A stretch of DNA of 38,966 bases from Actinomycetota bacterium (GTDB taxonomy: Bacteria; Actinomycetota; Acidimicrobiia; Acidimicrobiales; Ilumatobacteraceae), in NCBI GenBank assembly GCA_041184385.1, contig JBEGJV010000002.1, forward strand, positions 1 through 38,966, read 5' to 3'. Below the pieces are notes generated by a model that was given only the letters and a program-made list of their open reading frames with translations, was not told the DNA's origin and made no database searches. The translations under genes were made by a program, and so were the position numbers. How positions within the stretch are numbered: position 1 is the first letter of the stretch; the number at the start of each line of letters is the position of its first letter. Shown here one piece after another: positions 24,740 to 33,936 of the stretch.

Positions 24740-25912
24740 ATGGCAAATGCATGGTTCGAGACTGTCGCAGAGGCCCAGCGCCGCGCGCAGAAGCGCCTGC
24801 CGAAGTCGGTGTACGGGGCACTCGTCGCGGGTTCCGAGAAGGGGATCACGCTCGCCGACAACCTCAGTGCGTTCGACCATCTCGGTTTTGCGCCGCACAT
24901 GGCGAACCTCCCGCGCGAGCGCAGCATGTCTGTCACCGTGATGGGACAGGAACTGTCGATGCCGGTCATCATCTCGCCGACCGGCGTGCAGGCCGTCCAC
25001 CCGGAAGGTGAGGTCGCCATCGCCCGTGCCGCCCAGAACCGCGGCATCGCCATGGGGCTCAGTTCGTTCGCCAGCCGTTCCGTGGAGGACGTCGCCGCCG
25101 CGAACGACAAGACCTTCTTCCAGATCTACTGGTGCGGCGACAGGGACACCCTGCTGCAGCGCATGGAGCGCGCGAAGGCAGCCGGGGCGAAGGGAATCAT
25201 CGTCACGCTCGACTGGTCGTTCAGCAACGGACGCGACTGGGGCAGCCCCTGGATCCCGGAGAAGATCGACCTGAAGGCCGCGGTGAAGCTCGCACCCGAG
25301 GTGATCGTGAAGCCGAGGTGGCTGTGGCAGTTCGCCAAGACCTTCAGGATCCCCGATCTCACCGCACCGAACATGGCGAAGCCCGGCGAGAAGGCCCCCA
25401 CCTTCTTCGGTGCGTACTACGAGTGGATGACGACGCCGCTCCCCACATGGGAGGACCTCGCGTGGCTGCGGTCGCAATGGGACGGACCGTTCATGATCAA
25501 GGGTGTCTGCCGCGTCGACGACGCGAAGCGCGTCGTCGACATCGGCGCGACCGCACTGTCGGTGTCGAACCACGGCGGCAACAACCTGGACAGCACGCCG
25601 GCATCCATCCGTGCGCTCCCGGCCGTTGTCGACGCGGTGGGTCACCAGCTGGACGTGGTGCTCGACGGTGGCGTGCGCCGCGGAAGTGACGTGGTGAAGG
25701 CGGTCGCGCTCGGCGCCAAGGCCGTCATGATCGGTCGCGCGTACCTGTGGGGTCTTGCCGCGAACGGCCAGGCGGGAGTGGAGAACGTGCTCGACCTCCT
25801 GCGCGGTGGCATCGACTCCGCCCTCACGGGCATCGGCAAGGCCGACGTGAAGCAGCTGACCCGTGACGACATCGTCGCGCCGGCTGACTTCTTCCGCACT
25901 CTCGGCGCATAG
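24740..25912 (+). CDS. FMN-dependent alpha-hydroxy acid dehydrogenase/oxidase (LldD/glycolate-oxidase family)
   Basis: N-terminus MANAWFETVAEAQRRAQKRLPKSVY, ...SNHGGNNLD..., ...LDGGVRRGSDVVKAVALGAKAVMIGRAYLWGLA.... Confidence 0.8.
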   Translation: MANAWFETVAEAQRRAQKRLPKSVYGALVAGSEKGITLADNLSAFDHLGFAPHMANLPRERSMSVTVMGQELSMPVIISPTGVQAVHPEGEVAIARAAQNRGIAMGLSSFASRSVEDVAAANDKTFFQIYWCGDRDTLLQRMERAKAAGAKGIIVTLDWSFSNGRDWGSPWIPEKIDLKAAVKLAPEVIVKPRWLWQFAKTFRIPDLTAPNMAKPGEKAPTFFGAYYEWMTTPLPTWEDLAWLRSQWDGPFMIKGVCRVDDAKRVVDIGATALSVSNHGGNNLDSTPASIRALPAVVDAVGHQLDVVLDGGVRRGSDVVKAVALGAKAVMIGRAYLWGLAANGQAGVENVLDLLRGGIDSALTGIGKADVKQLTRDDIVAPADFFRTLGA

Positions 25913-25922
25913 TCTCTGCCCG

Positions 25923-27047
25923 ATGGGGGATTCGTTCAACGACGAGGTGGAGCGTTTCTTCGATGCTCTGCCCGCCATCCTCGCCGCTGCGCCCGCCACC
26001 CATGTCGGGCGTGCCCGTGCGTGGCGCAATGCACTGTTCGATGCCGGACTCGCGGGCTTCGGCATCCCCGTCGAGTACGGCGGCCGCGCGGAACCCGCCG
26101 ACGGTGCACGTCGCCTGCAGCGCCTGGCACGGGGTCGGGTCCCGTCGGAGGAGGGAACGTTCGGCATCGGCCTGAACATGGCCGTGCCGACGATGCTGCA
26201 GTACGGCTCGCCCGAGATGTGCGCGCGGTTCATCCCGCCCGCACTCCGCGGCGACGAGGTGTGGTGCCAGCTCTACTCGGAACCCGGCGCGGGCAGTGAC
26301 CTGCCGAGCCTTTCGACACGGGCGGTACTCGACGGTGACGAGTGGGTGGTGAACGGACAGAAGGTGTGGACGTCCGGCGCGCATCATTCCGATCTCGGGA
26401 TCCTTCTCGCGCGCACCGGTGACCAACCGGGCAAGGCCGGGATCACGATGATGGTGATGCCGATGAGGCAGCCCGGTGTGGATGTCCGGCCGTTGCGCCA
26501 GATGACGGGTCACGCGGAGTTCAACGAGGTGTTCTTCACTGACGCGCGTGTGCCGAAGGACTGGGTGGTCGGCGAAGTGAACGACGGCTGGCGCGCGGCC
26601 ACGCAGTTGCTGGCACACGAGCGCTCGTCTCTCGGTGCCGGCAGCGACGACGGTGAGCGAAAGGCGAGTGGTTCGGCTGCCCTGCCGGTGCATTTCCTGC
26701 TGGATCTTGCCGCTCGCACGGGCGCCGCAGCGGAGCCGTTGGTGCGCCAGGAGCTCGCCCGCGCGCACACCGGCGAGATGGTGATGACGTGGCTGTCGAA
26801 GCGGCGCGGCGTTCACCCGAGCATCGGCAAGCTGTGGCGCACGAAGCAGGCACGGCACACCGCATCGATCGTGGCCGCAATCAATCCGTCGATGATCGCG
26901 TTCGAACGCGACGACGATTCTGAGTTCTGGCAGTACCACGTGCTGAACTCGCCGCGCATGTCGCTCGGTGGCGGCACCGACGAGATCCAGAAGAACACGA
27001 TCGGGGAGCGTGCCCTCGGTCTTCCGCGGGAGCCCGACCCGAAGTAG
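25923..27047 (+). CDS. Acyl-CoA dehydrogenase family protein
   Basis: Start ATG 25923 (MGDSFNDEV...). ...WCQLYSEPGAGSDLPSLSTRAVLDGDEWVVNGQKVWTSGA... and the C-terminal ...GGTDEIQKNTIGERALGLPRE. Confidence 0.8.
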   Translation: MGDSFNDEVERFFDALPAILAAAPATHVGRARAWRNALFDAGLAGFGIPVEYGGRAEPADGARRLQRLARGRVPSEEGTFGIGLNMAVPTMLQYGSPEMCARFIPPALRGDEVWCQLYSEPGAGSDLPSLSTRAVLDGDEWVVNGQKVWTSGAHHSDLGILLARTGDQPGKAGITMMVMPMRQPGVDVRPLRQMTGHAEFNEVFFTDARVPKDWVVGEVNDGWRAATQLLAHERSSLGAGSDDGERKASGSAALPVHFLLDLAARTGAAAEPLVRQELARAHTGEMVMTWLSKRRGVHPSIGKLWRTKQARHTASIVAAINPSMIAFERDDDSEFWQYHVLNSPRMSLGGGTDEIQKNTIGERALGLPREPDPK

Positions 27048-27050
27048 CGG

Positions 27051-27878
27051 TCAGTTGCCCGTGAACTTCGCGGGCCGCTTCTCCACGAACGCGGCGGATG
27101 CCTCCCGGTGGTCGGCGGTGCCCATGGTGCGCACCATGGCGACTGCCTCTGCGTCGAGTGCGGTCTCGAGCGACACCTCGAGCGAACGGTTGATGTTCTG
27201 CTTGATGTACTGCAGTGCCACTGGCGCACGTGATGCCAGTTCGTGGCACCACTCGAGCGCAGCCTGCTCGTAGTTGTCGTCCGGCAAGACCGCGTTCACG
27301 ATGTTCAGTGACAGCGCATCACGTGCCGAGAGGCGCGGCGACATGAACATCAGCTCCTTGGCCTTCGCCTCGCCCACGATGCGCGGGAGGAACCACGACG
27401 TTCCGAAGTCGCCGCTCGCGCCGATGTTGGCGAACGCCGTCACGATGATCGCGCGTTCGGCGGCGATGCGCAGGTCCGCCGCGAAGCCGATGGAAAGGCC
27501 CGCACCCGCTGCTGCGCCGGGGAACGAGGCAACGACCGGCTGGGGGAGACGGCGGATGGCAAGGCTGACCTGGCGCTGGATGGTGCGCAGTCGGTTGATG
27601 CCCTGTTCGGTGCTCGTCGCCCGTGCTGCACCCGCGTTCTTGTGGCTGGCAGCAAAGCCCTTCACGTCGCCGCCCGCGCAGAACGCGCCGCCTTCTCCGG
27701 TGATCATGACGACCCTCACGTCCGCGTCTGCGGCGATGACCGGCAGGACGGCATCGAATCCCGCGTACATCGCATCGGACAGCGCGTTGCGCGCTTCGGG
27801 CCTGTTGAACGAGATGATCGCGACATGACCCTCGATGCGCGCGAGAAGGTCGTTGGTGCCTGTGTCGAGTGTGCTCAT
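27051..27878 (-). CDS. Enoyl-CoA hydratase/isomerase (crotonase) family protein
   Basis: Start ATG 27878, with GGGGGAA upstream. ...ISFNRPEARNALS..., VVMITGEGGAFCAGGDVK, ...FPGAAAGAGLSIG.... Confidence 0.85.
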   Translation of the reverse strand: MSTLDTGTNDLLARIEGHVAIISFNRPEARNALSDAMYAGFDAVLPVIAADADVRVVMITGEGGAFCAGGDVKGFAASHKNAGAARATSTEQGINRLRTIQRQVSLAIRRLPQPVVASFPGAAAGAGLSIGFAADLRIAAERAIIVTAFANIGASGDFGTSWFLPRIVGEAKAKELMFMSPRLSARDALSLNIVNAVLPDDNYEQAALEWCHELASRAPVALQYIKQNINRSLEVSLETALDAEAVAMVRTMGTADHREASAAFVEKRPAKFTGN

Positions 27879-27969
27879 GGTTCCCCCTGGACGTGTGTCG
27901 TTCCTGATTGTTCCACGCACGTGACCGCATCACGGCAGTCGGAAGGGTGCCGCAATAGCCTGAACGTCG

Positions 27970-29403
27970 ATGTGGAGAAAATGGGCGCCATTTCTCGTCG
28001 TGCTGGCGATGCGGGTGCGGTTCTTCTTCAGCCCCATGACAACGGACGAGGGTGGGTACCTCGCCGTCGCGCGCGCGTGGTTCAGGGGAGCCGATCTCTA
28101 CGGGAAGGTGTGGGTGGACAGACCGCAGGGTCTGCTCGTGGTGTACGGGATCCTCGACAGGATCGGCCTGGGCAGCACCTTCGGGATCAGGCTCCTCGCG
28201 TTTGCCGCCTGCTGTCTCGCGATGGTCGCGTGCGGGCACATCGCATGGACCCTTGTCGGTGAGTCCGCGCGCCTGCCCACGATGTGGGCAACGGGGATTG
28301 CGCTCAGCATCGCCCAGATCGAGGGCTTCATCGCCAACGCGGAACTGCTCAGCTGCGCCGTCGGTGCGCTCGGGTGTGCCGCGATCCTTCTTGCGTGCTG
28401 GAGCAGGGGGGCGCCCGACCTGCGGTTGTTGTTCGTCGGCGGTCTCATCGCGGGTTGCGCCGTCACGCTGAAGCAGAGCGGATTCGACGCAACCGTCGCC
28501 GCGTGCGTGGGTGTGATCATCGCGGCCGTCCATGAGAAGTGGAAGTTCCGCGACTTCGCGAAGTCCGCCGGCGTGATCGGTGCGGGGGTGGCGGTCCCCG
28601 TCGGGCTGGTGCTCGTCCATGCGTCACTCACCGGTTTCCATGACTGGTGGTACGCGGTGGCGGGTGTCCGCATCGAGCACGCGAGCGCTCTTGCCTCGGC
28701 CGACTGGCCGAAACTGAGGGAGACCGGGCGCATCGTCGCACCGATCGTGGTGGTGGCGCTGGTGTGCGCCGTCCCACTCTTTGCCCGGATGGTACGCACC
28801 CACGTCCGCGCGGTCATCGTGCTCTCGGCCTGGAGCATCGCCGCCATCGGTGCGTTCCTCATGGGCGGGCTGTTCCACCGTCACTACTGGGTCATCCTCA
28901 TGTTCCCGTTCGCCACGGTCGTCGGGACCACGTTCTCGCGGATCCGCACGAAGGCCGTCATCGCCGCGGTGGTTGCCGCATCGCTCGTGGTCCCGTTCGT
29001 CGAGACCGCGCGCGCGGTGCGGATGGGCGACAACGAGGTGGCGGCGGAACTCGATGACGACACGCGCATCGTGCTGAACGAGCACGTTGCTGACTGGTTC
29101 GCCGACCACGACCCCGGTCACGGCACGGTGTGGGCGATGTGCGCGAGCTCGGCGCTCTACGCACTCATCGACCAGGCACCACCGTTCCGGTACAGCTGGT
29201 TCGCGTATTTCGCGGCCACACCGGAGGCCCTGCCGATGCTCTATGACTGGATGGGCAGTGACACGCGGCCCGAGTACGTGGTGCAGGTGCAGTCGGCGCG
29301 GAGGTGTGATCCCTCGGGGCGGTTGGGCTCGTTGGTTGCGGAGAATTACGCGGAGGTCGGCACGGTGATGGGGCACCCGATACTCAAACTGACCGGTTCG
29401 TGA
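27970..29403 (+). CDS. Integral-membrane GT-C-type glycosyltransferase (ArnT/PMT_2-like, family 39/83-like)
   Basis: About 12 hydrophobic segments. The N-terminal first-loop acidic motif TTDEGGYLAVA is typical of GT-C enzymes. There is a soluble C-terminal tail. Confidence 0.6.
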   Translation: MWRKWAPFLVVLAMRVRFFFSPMTTDEGGYLAVARAWFRGADLYGKVWVDRPQGLLVVYGILDRIGLGSTFGIRLLAFAACCLAMVACGHIAWTLVGESARLPTMWATGIALSIAQIEGFIANAELLSCAVGALGCAAILLACWSRGAPDLRLLFVGGLIAGCAVTLKQSGFDATVAACVGVIIAAVHEKWKFRDFAKSAGVIGAGVAVPVGLVLVHASLTGFHDWWYAVAGVRIEHASALASADWPKLRETGRIVAPIVVVALVCAVPLFARMVRTHVRAVIVLSAWSIAAIGAFLMGGLFHRHYWVILMFPFATVVGTTFSRIRTKAVIAAVVAASLVVPFVETARAVRMGDNEVAAELDDDTRIVLNEHVADWFADHDPGHGTVWAMCASSALYALIDQAPPFRYSWFAYFAATPEALPMLYDWMGSDTRPEYVVQVQSARRCDPSGRLGSLVAENYAEVGTVMGHPILKLTGS

Positions 29404-29412
29404 TGACGCTGC

Positions 29413-30053
29413 TCAGTCGGGCCGCATCGACAGCATGAACGAGTCGATGACGAGCGCGAGCTCCTCGTCATCCGGTCGCGACGGGTCCATGTCTGCCACA
29501 ACCAGACCGAGCGTGTACGCGCTGATGAACTCGGCGATCGCGCGCGGGTTCCGGTCGGTGCGGATGAAACCCCGCTCGGTGCCCATGATCACCACCCGCT
29601 CGAGCTGGTCGACGAGTTCGGACTGGGTCGCGGTCACCGTCTCGTGCAGGTCGGGCCGCCCGACGGAGGAACCGATGATGACCACCCGTGCCATCCTGCT
29701 GGAGCTGCGCGACACCTTCACGACCTCGCGCGTGATGACCTTGAGAATCGAATAGGAATCGAATAGAAGTGGTCGATGTCGCGCGCACTTTCCACCGCCG
29801 ACACGAGGAAGTCAGTGTCCTGGTCGACCGTCGTGCGGAACCTCATGAGGTGTGCCTCCGCGACGAGACCCTCCCTGTCCCCGAAGTAGTAGGAGATCAT
29901 CCCCTGCGTGACGCCGGCTTCCTTTGCGACCTCGATGATCCGCACGGAGGCCTCGCCGCCGGCATCGATCGCGGAGACCGTGGCTTCGAGAATTGCCTGG
30001 CGGGCGGAGCTCGCGTTCGGAACCGGGTTCCTCGGTTTCCTGCCCGCTGCCAT
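29413..30053 (-). pseudogene. TetR family regulator disrupted by an 11-bp tandem duplication (frameshift)
   Basis: The N-terminal HTH part (ORF 29718..30053: ...VRIIEVAKEAGVTQGMISYYF...) and the C-terminal part (ORF 29413..29721) are in different frames. Deleting one copy of GAATCGAATAG joins them as ...DHFYSILKVITREVVKVSRSS.... 641-11 = 630 nt = 210 codons. Confidence 0.8.
29745..29766. repeat. Perfect 11-bp tandem duplication GAATCGAATAG x2
   Basis: Copies at 29745-29755 and 29756-29766 are identical. They lie in a locally AT-rich patch, inside the TetR coding region at exactly the frame break. Confidence 0.9.
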
Positions 30054-30096
30054 CTCCGAATCGTAATGCGGGTGACGGAGATCCCCGATGTCCGGC

Positions 30097-31591
30097 TCAG
30101 CGGGTCAGGCGCTCCAGGAGGTCGCCCAGTTCCGCCGTGGCGAACCCGATCGACTGGTCCGCGATGCCGAACGGGATCATCACGTGGTCACCGTGGACCA
30201 TCGAACCGCACGAGTACACGACGTTCGGCACGTACCCATCGCGGTCCCGCGTGGTCGGATAGGAGTGGCTGGTCGAGGGTGCCGATCACGCGCTGCGGGT
30301 CGTCGCGGTCCAGCAGCATCGCGCTGAGGTAATAGGTGCGGAAAGGACCGACGGCGTGCGTGATGACGAGCCACCCCGCCTCTGTCGCGATGGGTGCCCC
30401 GCAGTTGCCGAGTTGGATGACCTCCCACGGTCGCGCCGGCACCTGCAGCATCGTGGAGGACTCCCAGTACTCGACGGTCGGGCTGAACGCGATGTGGTTC
30501 GACTCGAAGTCCGGCCGGACGAGCGCCGTGTACATGTTGCCGATGCGCTGGGGGAAGAGCGCGAGGCCCTTGCCGCCGTTCGCAGCGGGCCCGGTGATGG
30601 GGAAGGCACGGAACCGGGAGAAGTCGTCCGTCTGCACCCCCTGCTGGGCGATGTTCACGCCGTCGAACGCGGTGTACGTGCCGAAGTAGGTCGGCGAGCC
30701 GTCCGATTCGGTGAAGGCGGTCAACCGCATGTCCTCCATGCCGCGCGACTCGGCCTCCGCGTGCGGCCACAGCAGACGTTCGGATTGGTTGGTCCCCGCC
30801 GGGAACGTGACGAGGTAGGACCGCTCGGCGAGATCACGGAAGTGATGCATCGTCTCCTCCACGTTGCGGAACGTGTCGCGGTCGTGCAGCAGCACGTTCA
30901 GTTGTTCCTCTAGGTCGGAAGGTGTGAACGTGTCGCGCAGGTTCGACAGCACTGCGCGCGCGTTCTCCCCGAAGTTGAACTGCTCCTGGAGCAGGCCACG
31001 GAATCCGGCCTTCGCCAGCACTGCCTCGCTGACGGCGCCGGTGGAGAGGCACTGCAGCGGTTCGTCGATGACCACGTCGCCGTACGCGTCGATGGTGCCG
31101 GTGCGGAACCCAACAGATGATCGGTGCCCCTCGCCGATGCACCGGACGCTCATCACGAACCGCGCCGATCCATCCGGGACACCGTCCTGGTCCGGGTGGA
31201 CGACTGCCGACGGGTTGCACAGTGCCGCACCCTCCACTGCGAACTCGTGGGTGAAGCACGCACCGATCAATCGCCACCGGTCCTCGGACAGCGGCACCTT
31301 CGGGTCCACCCTGTGCAACGCGCGGTGGGCGTTGATGTCGAGCCACTGGTCGAAATCGGTGTGTCGTTCGGCGAAGTCGCGGTCGACGGCAGCAAGGGAG
31401 GCCTTCACCTCGGCCTCGCTGAGCGCCATGACGCGCCGGATGACGGCGCTCGTCCTGCTCTGTGTGGGCCCGAAGTCCTCCTGGCCGGCAACGAACAGCT
31501 TCACCGTGATGCGTGACGGGTCGGGCTGGAGCCTGAGCTCCTGACGGCGCGCGAGACTTGGTGGGCCGAGTTCCAGTGGGCCATGCGTCAT
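30097..31591 (-). pseudogene. GH130-like glycoside phosphorylase/glycosidase with a long N-terminal extension; 1-nt frameshift near the 3' end
   Basis: Start ATG 31591 overlaps the upstream stop (ATGA). ORF 30188..31789 ends prematurely after ...IGTLDQPLLS. The conserved GH130 C-terminus (TTRDRDGYVPNVVYSCGSMVHGDHVMIPFGIADQSIGFATAELGDLLERLTR*) continues in the +1 frame to TGA at 30097-30099. 1495-1 = 1494 nt = 498 codons. Confidence 0.7.
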
Positions 31592-32616
31592 GCGGGGGAC
31601 GTGCCGTTCGTGGACACGTACTGCATGGTGGAGATCATCGCGAGTGTCGACTCCGCACCTTCGTTGCGATTGACGCCGTTCTCCTGCAGCCCGTCGTAAC
31701 AACCGTCGGTCATCGGGTCGATCATGATCGCGCCGGTGTCGTTGTGCCCGAGGAACCAGTGGATGGCGCGGTCGAGCGCGACGCGCCACTTGGTGTCACC
31801 AGTCAGTCGCCACGCACGCACCACGGCGTCCGCGATCGCAGCGACCTCGATCGGTTGCTGGTCGAACGCTGGTTTTGTGTCCGTGGGTCCGCGGCCGCCC
31901 GTCGGGGTGACGGAGAAATGGTCCTCGTGGCTCTCGTGGGTGACGAGCCACGAGAGGAGATCGAGCCCGTAGTGCAGCAGCTGCGGCTCGTCGATTGCGT
32001 GCCCGATGGCCATCAGTGCCTCGGGGATCACGGCGTTGGCGTAGGTGAGCCGGGCTTCCGGCCACAGCCAGGTGGTTGCCTCGGGTGCCGACGCGAGGAC
32101 ATCGGCCGCGTCACGCAACAGTGACACCGCCACGGGATTGGCGGGGTCCTTGCCGACGATCTCGGCAGCACCGAGGGCGGCGAACGCCATCGTGCGCATC
32201 GAAGTTGACCGGAGCCGGGCGCTCTTCTCGAATCCGATCAGTCCCTGGTGGGTGAGGACGTTGTCATGGTTGTGGGACACCGCGGTGCCGAAGCCCCACA
32301 GCGCACGGCCCCAGCAGTCGTGCGTGCACGACTCGTCCATCCAGATGCGTTCGATGCTCATGCGGTTGCGGATGCCGCCGTCATCGCACTGTGCGTCCAT
32401 CAGGAACCGCATCGCAATGTGGGCCATGCTGCGTGACGCGAATGAACGACCCTTGTCGCGTGATGCGACGACGAGCAACCGTGCGTTGTCGTCTGTGCAG
32501 TAGCCGTGGCTGTAACGGGGCTGGGCGAACTTCGCGTGCTCGAAGATCCCGCGGTCGTCGGTCATCGTGATGAGGTGCCGCATGGTGATCGGCCGCGATG
32601 CGATGGGGATCGTCAC
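31588..32616 (-). CDS. Conserved hypothetical protein, probably an (alpha/alpha)6-barrel glycan-active enzyme
   Basis: Start GTG 32616 overlaps the GT4 stop (GTGA); the alternative is ATG 32583 (MRHLITMTDDRGIFEH...). ...SHGYCTDDNARLLVV... and Trp/Asp-rich helical repeats. The stop overlaps the GH130 start. Confidence 0.55.
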   Translation of the reverse strand: MTIPIASRPITMRHLITMTDDRGIFEHAKFAQPRYSHGYCTDDNARLLVVASRDKGRSFASRSMAHIAMRFLMDAQCDDGGIRNRMSIERIWMDESCTHDCWGRALWGFGTAVSHNHDNVLTHQGLIGFEKSARLRSTSMRTMAFAALGAAEIVGKDPANPVAVSLLRDAADVLASAPEATTWLWPEARLTYANAVIPEALMAIGHAIDEPQLLHYGLDLLSWLVTHESHEDHFSVTPTGGRGPTDTKPAFDQQPIEVAAIADAVVRAWRLTGDTKWRVALDRAIHWFLGHNDTGAIMIDPMTDGCYDGLQENGVNRNEGAESTLAMISTMQYVSTNGTSPA

Positions 32617-33812
32617 GCCCAGGCCTCCAGTGAGGGGGCGGAGCGGGGGATGAGTGACGCCCCGAGTTTCTTGTACGAGGTGGCGACCGTCGTCCAGTTG
32701 TGCATCGGTGCGAGGTCGGCCGCCCTGTCGGCCATCGTTCGCAGAGCCAACGGGTCGGTGACGACCTTGCGGAGTGCCTTGCTGAGTGCCTCCGGGTTGC
32801 GTGGCGGGACGAGAATCCCCGCGCCACCGGAGAGAAGTTCCACCGCGTGAGGGAACGCGGTGGCCACGACCGGTCGCCCGGCCGCGATCGCGTCGACCAG
32901 GACACCCGATGTGATCTGGTCGACGGACTCGTACGGGAGGACGACGCACGTCGACTGGGCGACGAGACGCAGCAGTGACCCGAGCGAGCGGTACTGCGAG
33001 TCGAACGTGACCCAGTCATCGAGCCCGTACGAGGAGACCTTGTCCTGCAGCATCCGGCGGTACGACTCGCCGAACTGGGCGCGCACCTTCGGGTGCGTCT
33101 GGCCCGCCACCACGTACTTCACGGGTGGCACCTCGTGCTTGAGCAGGGCAAGGGCATCGATGACCCACTCGATGCCCTTGCCCGGTCCGAGCAGCCCCCA
33201 CGTCAGAACCAGAGGGGTTGGTTCGTTCGTGGGGGCCACCGGCGCTGGAATGGTCGCACCATGCGGGATGGTCACCACTCGCGACGGTTGCACGCTGTAC
33301 ACGGAGAGCAGGCGCTGCCGTGCAATTGATGTCATCGTGACCGAGGCCGACGACTCGTTGACGACCGCCTCCAGCACGCGCTTCTGGTGGGCAGTCGGCT
33401 GCAGTGGCACGGTGTGGAGGGTGACGATCGTCGGCACGGTGAGCCTGCGCATCACCTCGAGCACCTCGTCGCCGTCGGCCCCGCCGTAGATGCCGTATTC
33501 GTGCTGGATGATCACGATGTCGTACCGGTTCAGGATCTGGGACACCCGGGAGATCGAGAGTGCGTCGCGCGGCATCAACTGGCCGACGACAAGCGGCACG
33601 TCGGTCAGGTGGTCGGTGTCGCCGACACTCACCACCCCGATGTCAGTCACGCCCGACCTGGCGAGACCGGAGACGAGTGCGGCGGAGAAAGTCGCGAGCC
33701 CGCAGGCCGTCGGCGGGTACGTGCTGAGGATGCCGACGGACAGTTGTTTCTGGGCCGGGTGGATCGCCCTCGTGAGGAACTCTGCGGGTCGGGTGGGTTC
33801 CAGTGTCTTCAC
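32613..33812 (-). CDS. Glycosyltransferase family 4 (GT-B, retaining)
   Basis: Start GTG 33812, with AGGAGAG 5 nt upstream. ...VGILSTYPPTACGLATFSAAL... and the C-terminal ...AAGRPVVATAFPHAVELLSGGAGILVPPRNPEAL.... Confidence 0.8.
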   Translation of the reverse strand: MKTLEPTRPAEFLTRAIHPAQKQLSVGILSTYPPTACGLATFSAALVSGLARSGVTDIGVVSVGDTDHLTDVPLVVGQLMPRDALSISRVSQILNRYDIVIIQHEYGIYGGADGDEVLEVMRRLTVPTIVTLHTVPLQPTAHQKRVLEAVVNESSASVTMTSIARQRLLSVYSVQPSRVVTIPHGATIPAPVAPTNEPTPLVLTWGLLGPGKGIEWVIDALALLKHEVPPVKYVVAGQTHPKVRAQFGESYRRMLQDKVSSYGLDDWVTFDSQYRSLGSLLRLVAQSTCVVLPYESVDQITSGVLVDAIAAGRPVVATAFPHAVELLSGGAGILVPPRNPEALSKALRKVVTDPLALRTMADRAADLAPMHNWTTVATSYKKLGASLIPRSAPSLEAWA

Positions 33813-33908
33813 GGTGCTCTCCTGCCGGGACTCATTCGATGTGAGATGAGCAACGTACGGAGAGTGCGCGCCGGCGAACAGGCACGGATGTCCTCTTGTG
33901 TCGTGCGG

Positions 33909-33922
33909 GGTACGCGCGTACC
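33909..33922 (-). terminator. GC-rich perfect palindrome GGTACGCGCGTACC just downstream of the GST gene
   Basis: 14-nt perfect palindrome with partly pairing flanks, 15 nt after the GST stop on the minus strand and upstream of the GT4 operon start. Function (terminator or operator) is unresolved. Confidence 0.35.
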
Positions 33923-33936
33923 GCGCCGGGTTCTCG

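Noticed and set aside
24740-25912. Possible pre-mycofactocin synthase MftD, because the N-terminus (WFETVAEAQRRAQKRLPKSVY) resembles that family.
   Set aside because: No mftA, mftB, mftC, mftE or mftF-like genes are adjacent. The neighbours are HAD, acyl-CoA dehydrogenase and crotonase genes. I therefore call it only a generic FMN-dependent alpha-hydroxyacid dehydrogenase.
30230-30290. Programmed +1 ribosomal frameshift in the GH130-like gene.
   Set aside because: There is no slippery or rare-codon/stop context of the prfB type and no obvious stimulatory SD-like element or structure. A mutation or sequencing indel is the simpler explanation.
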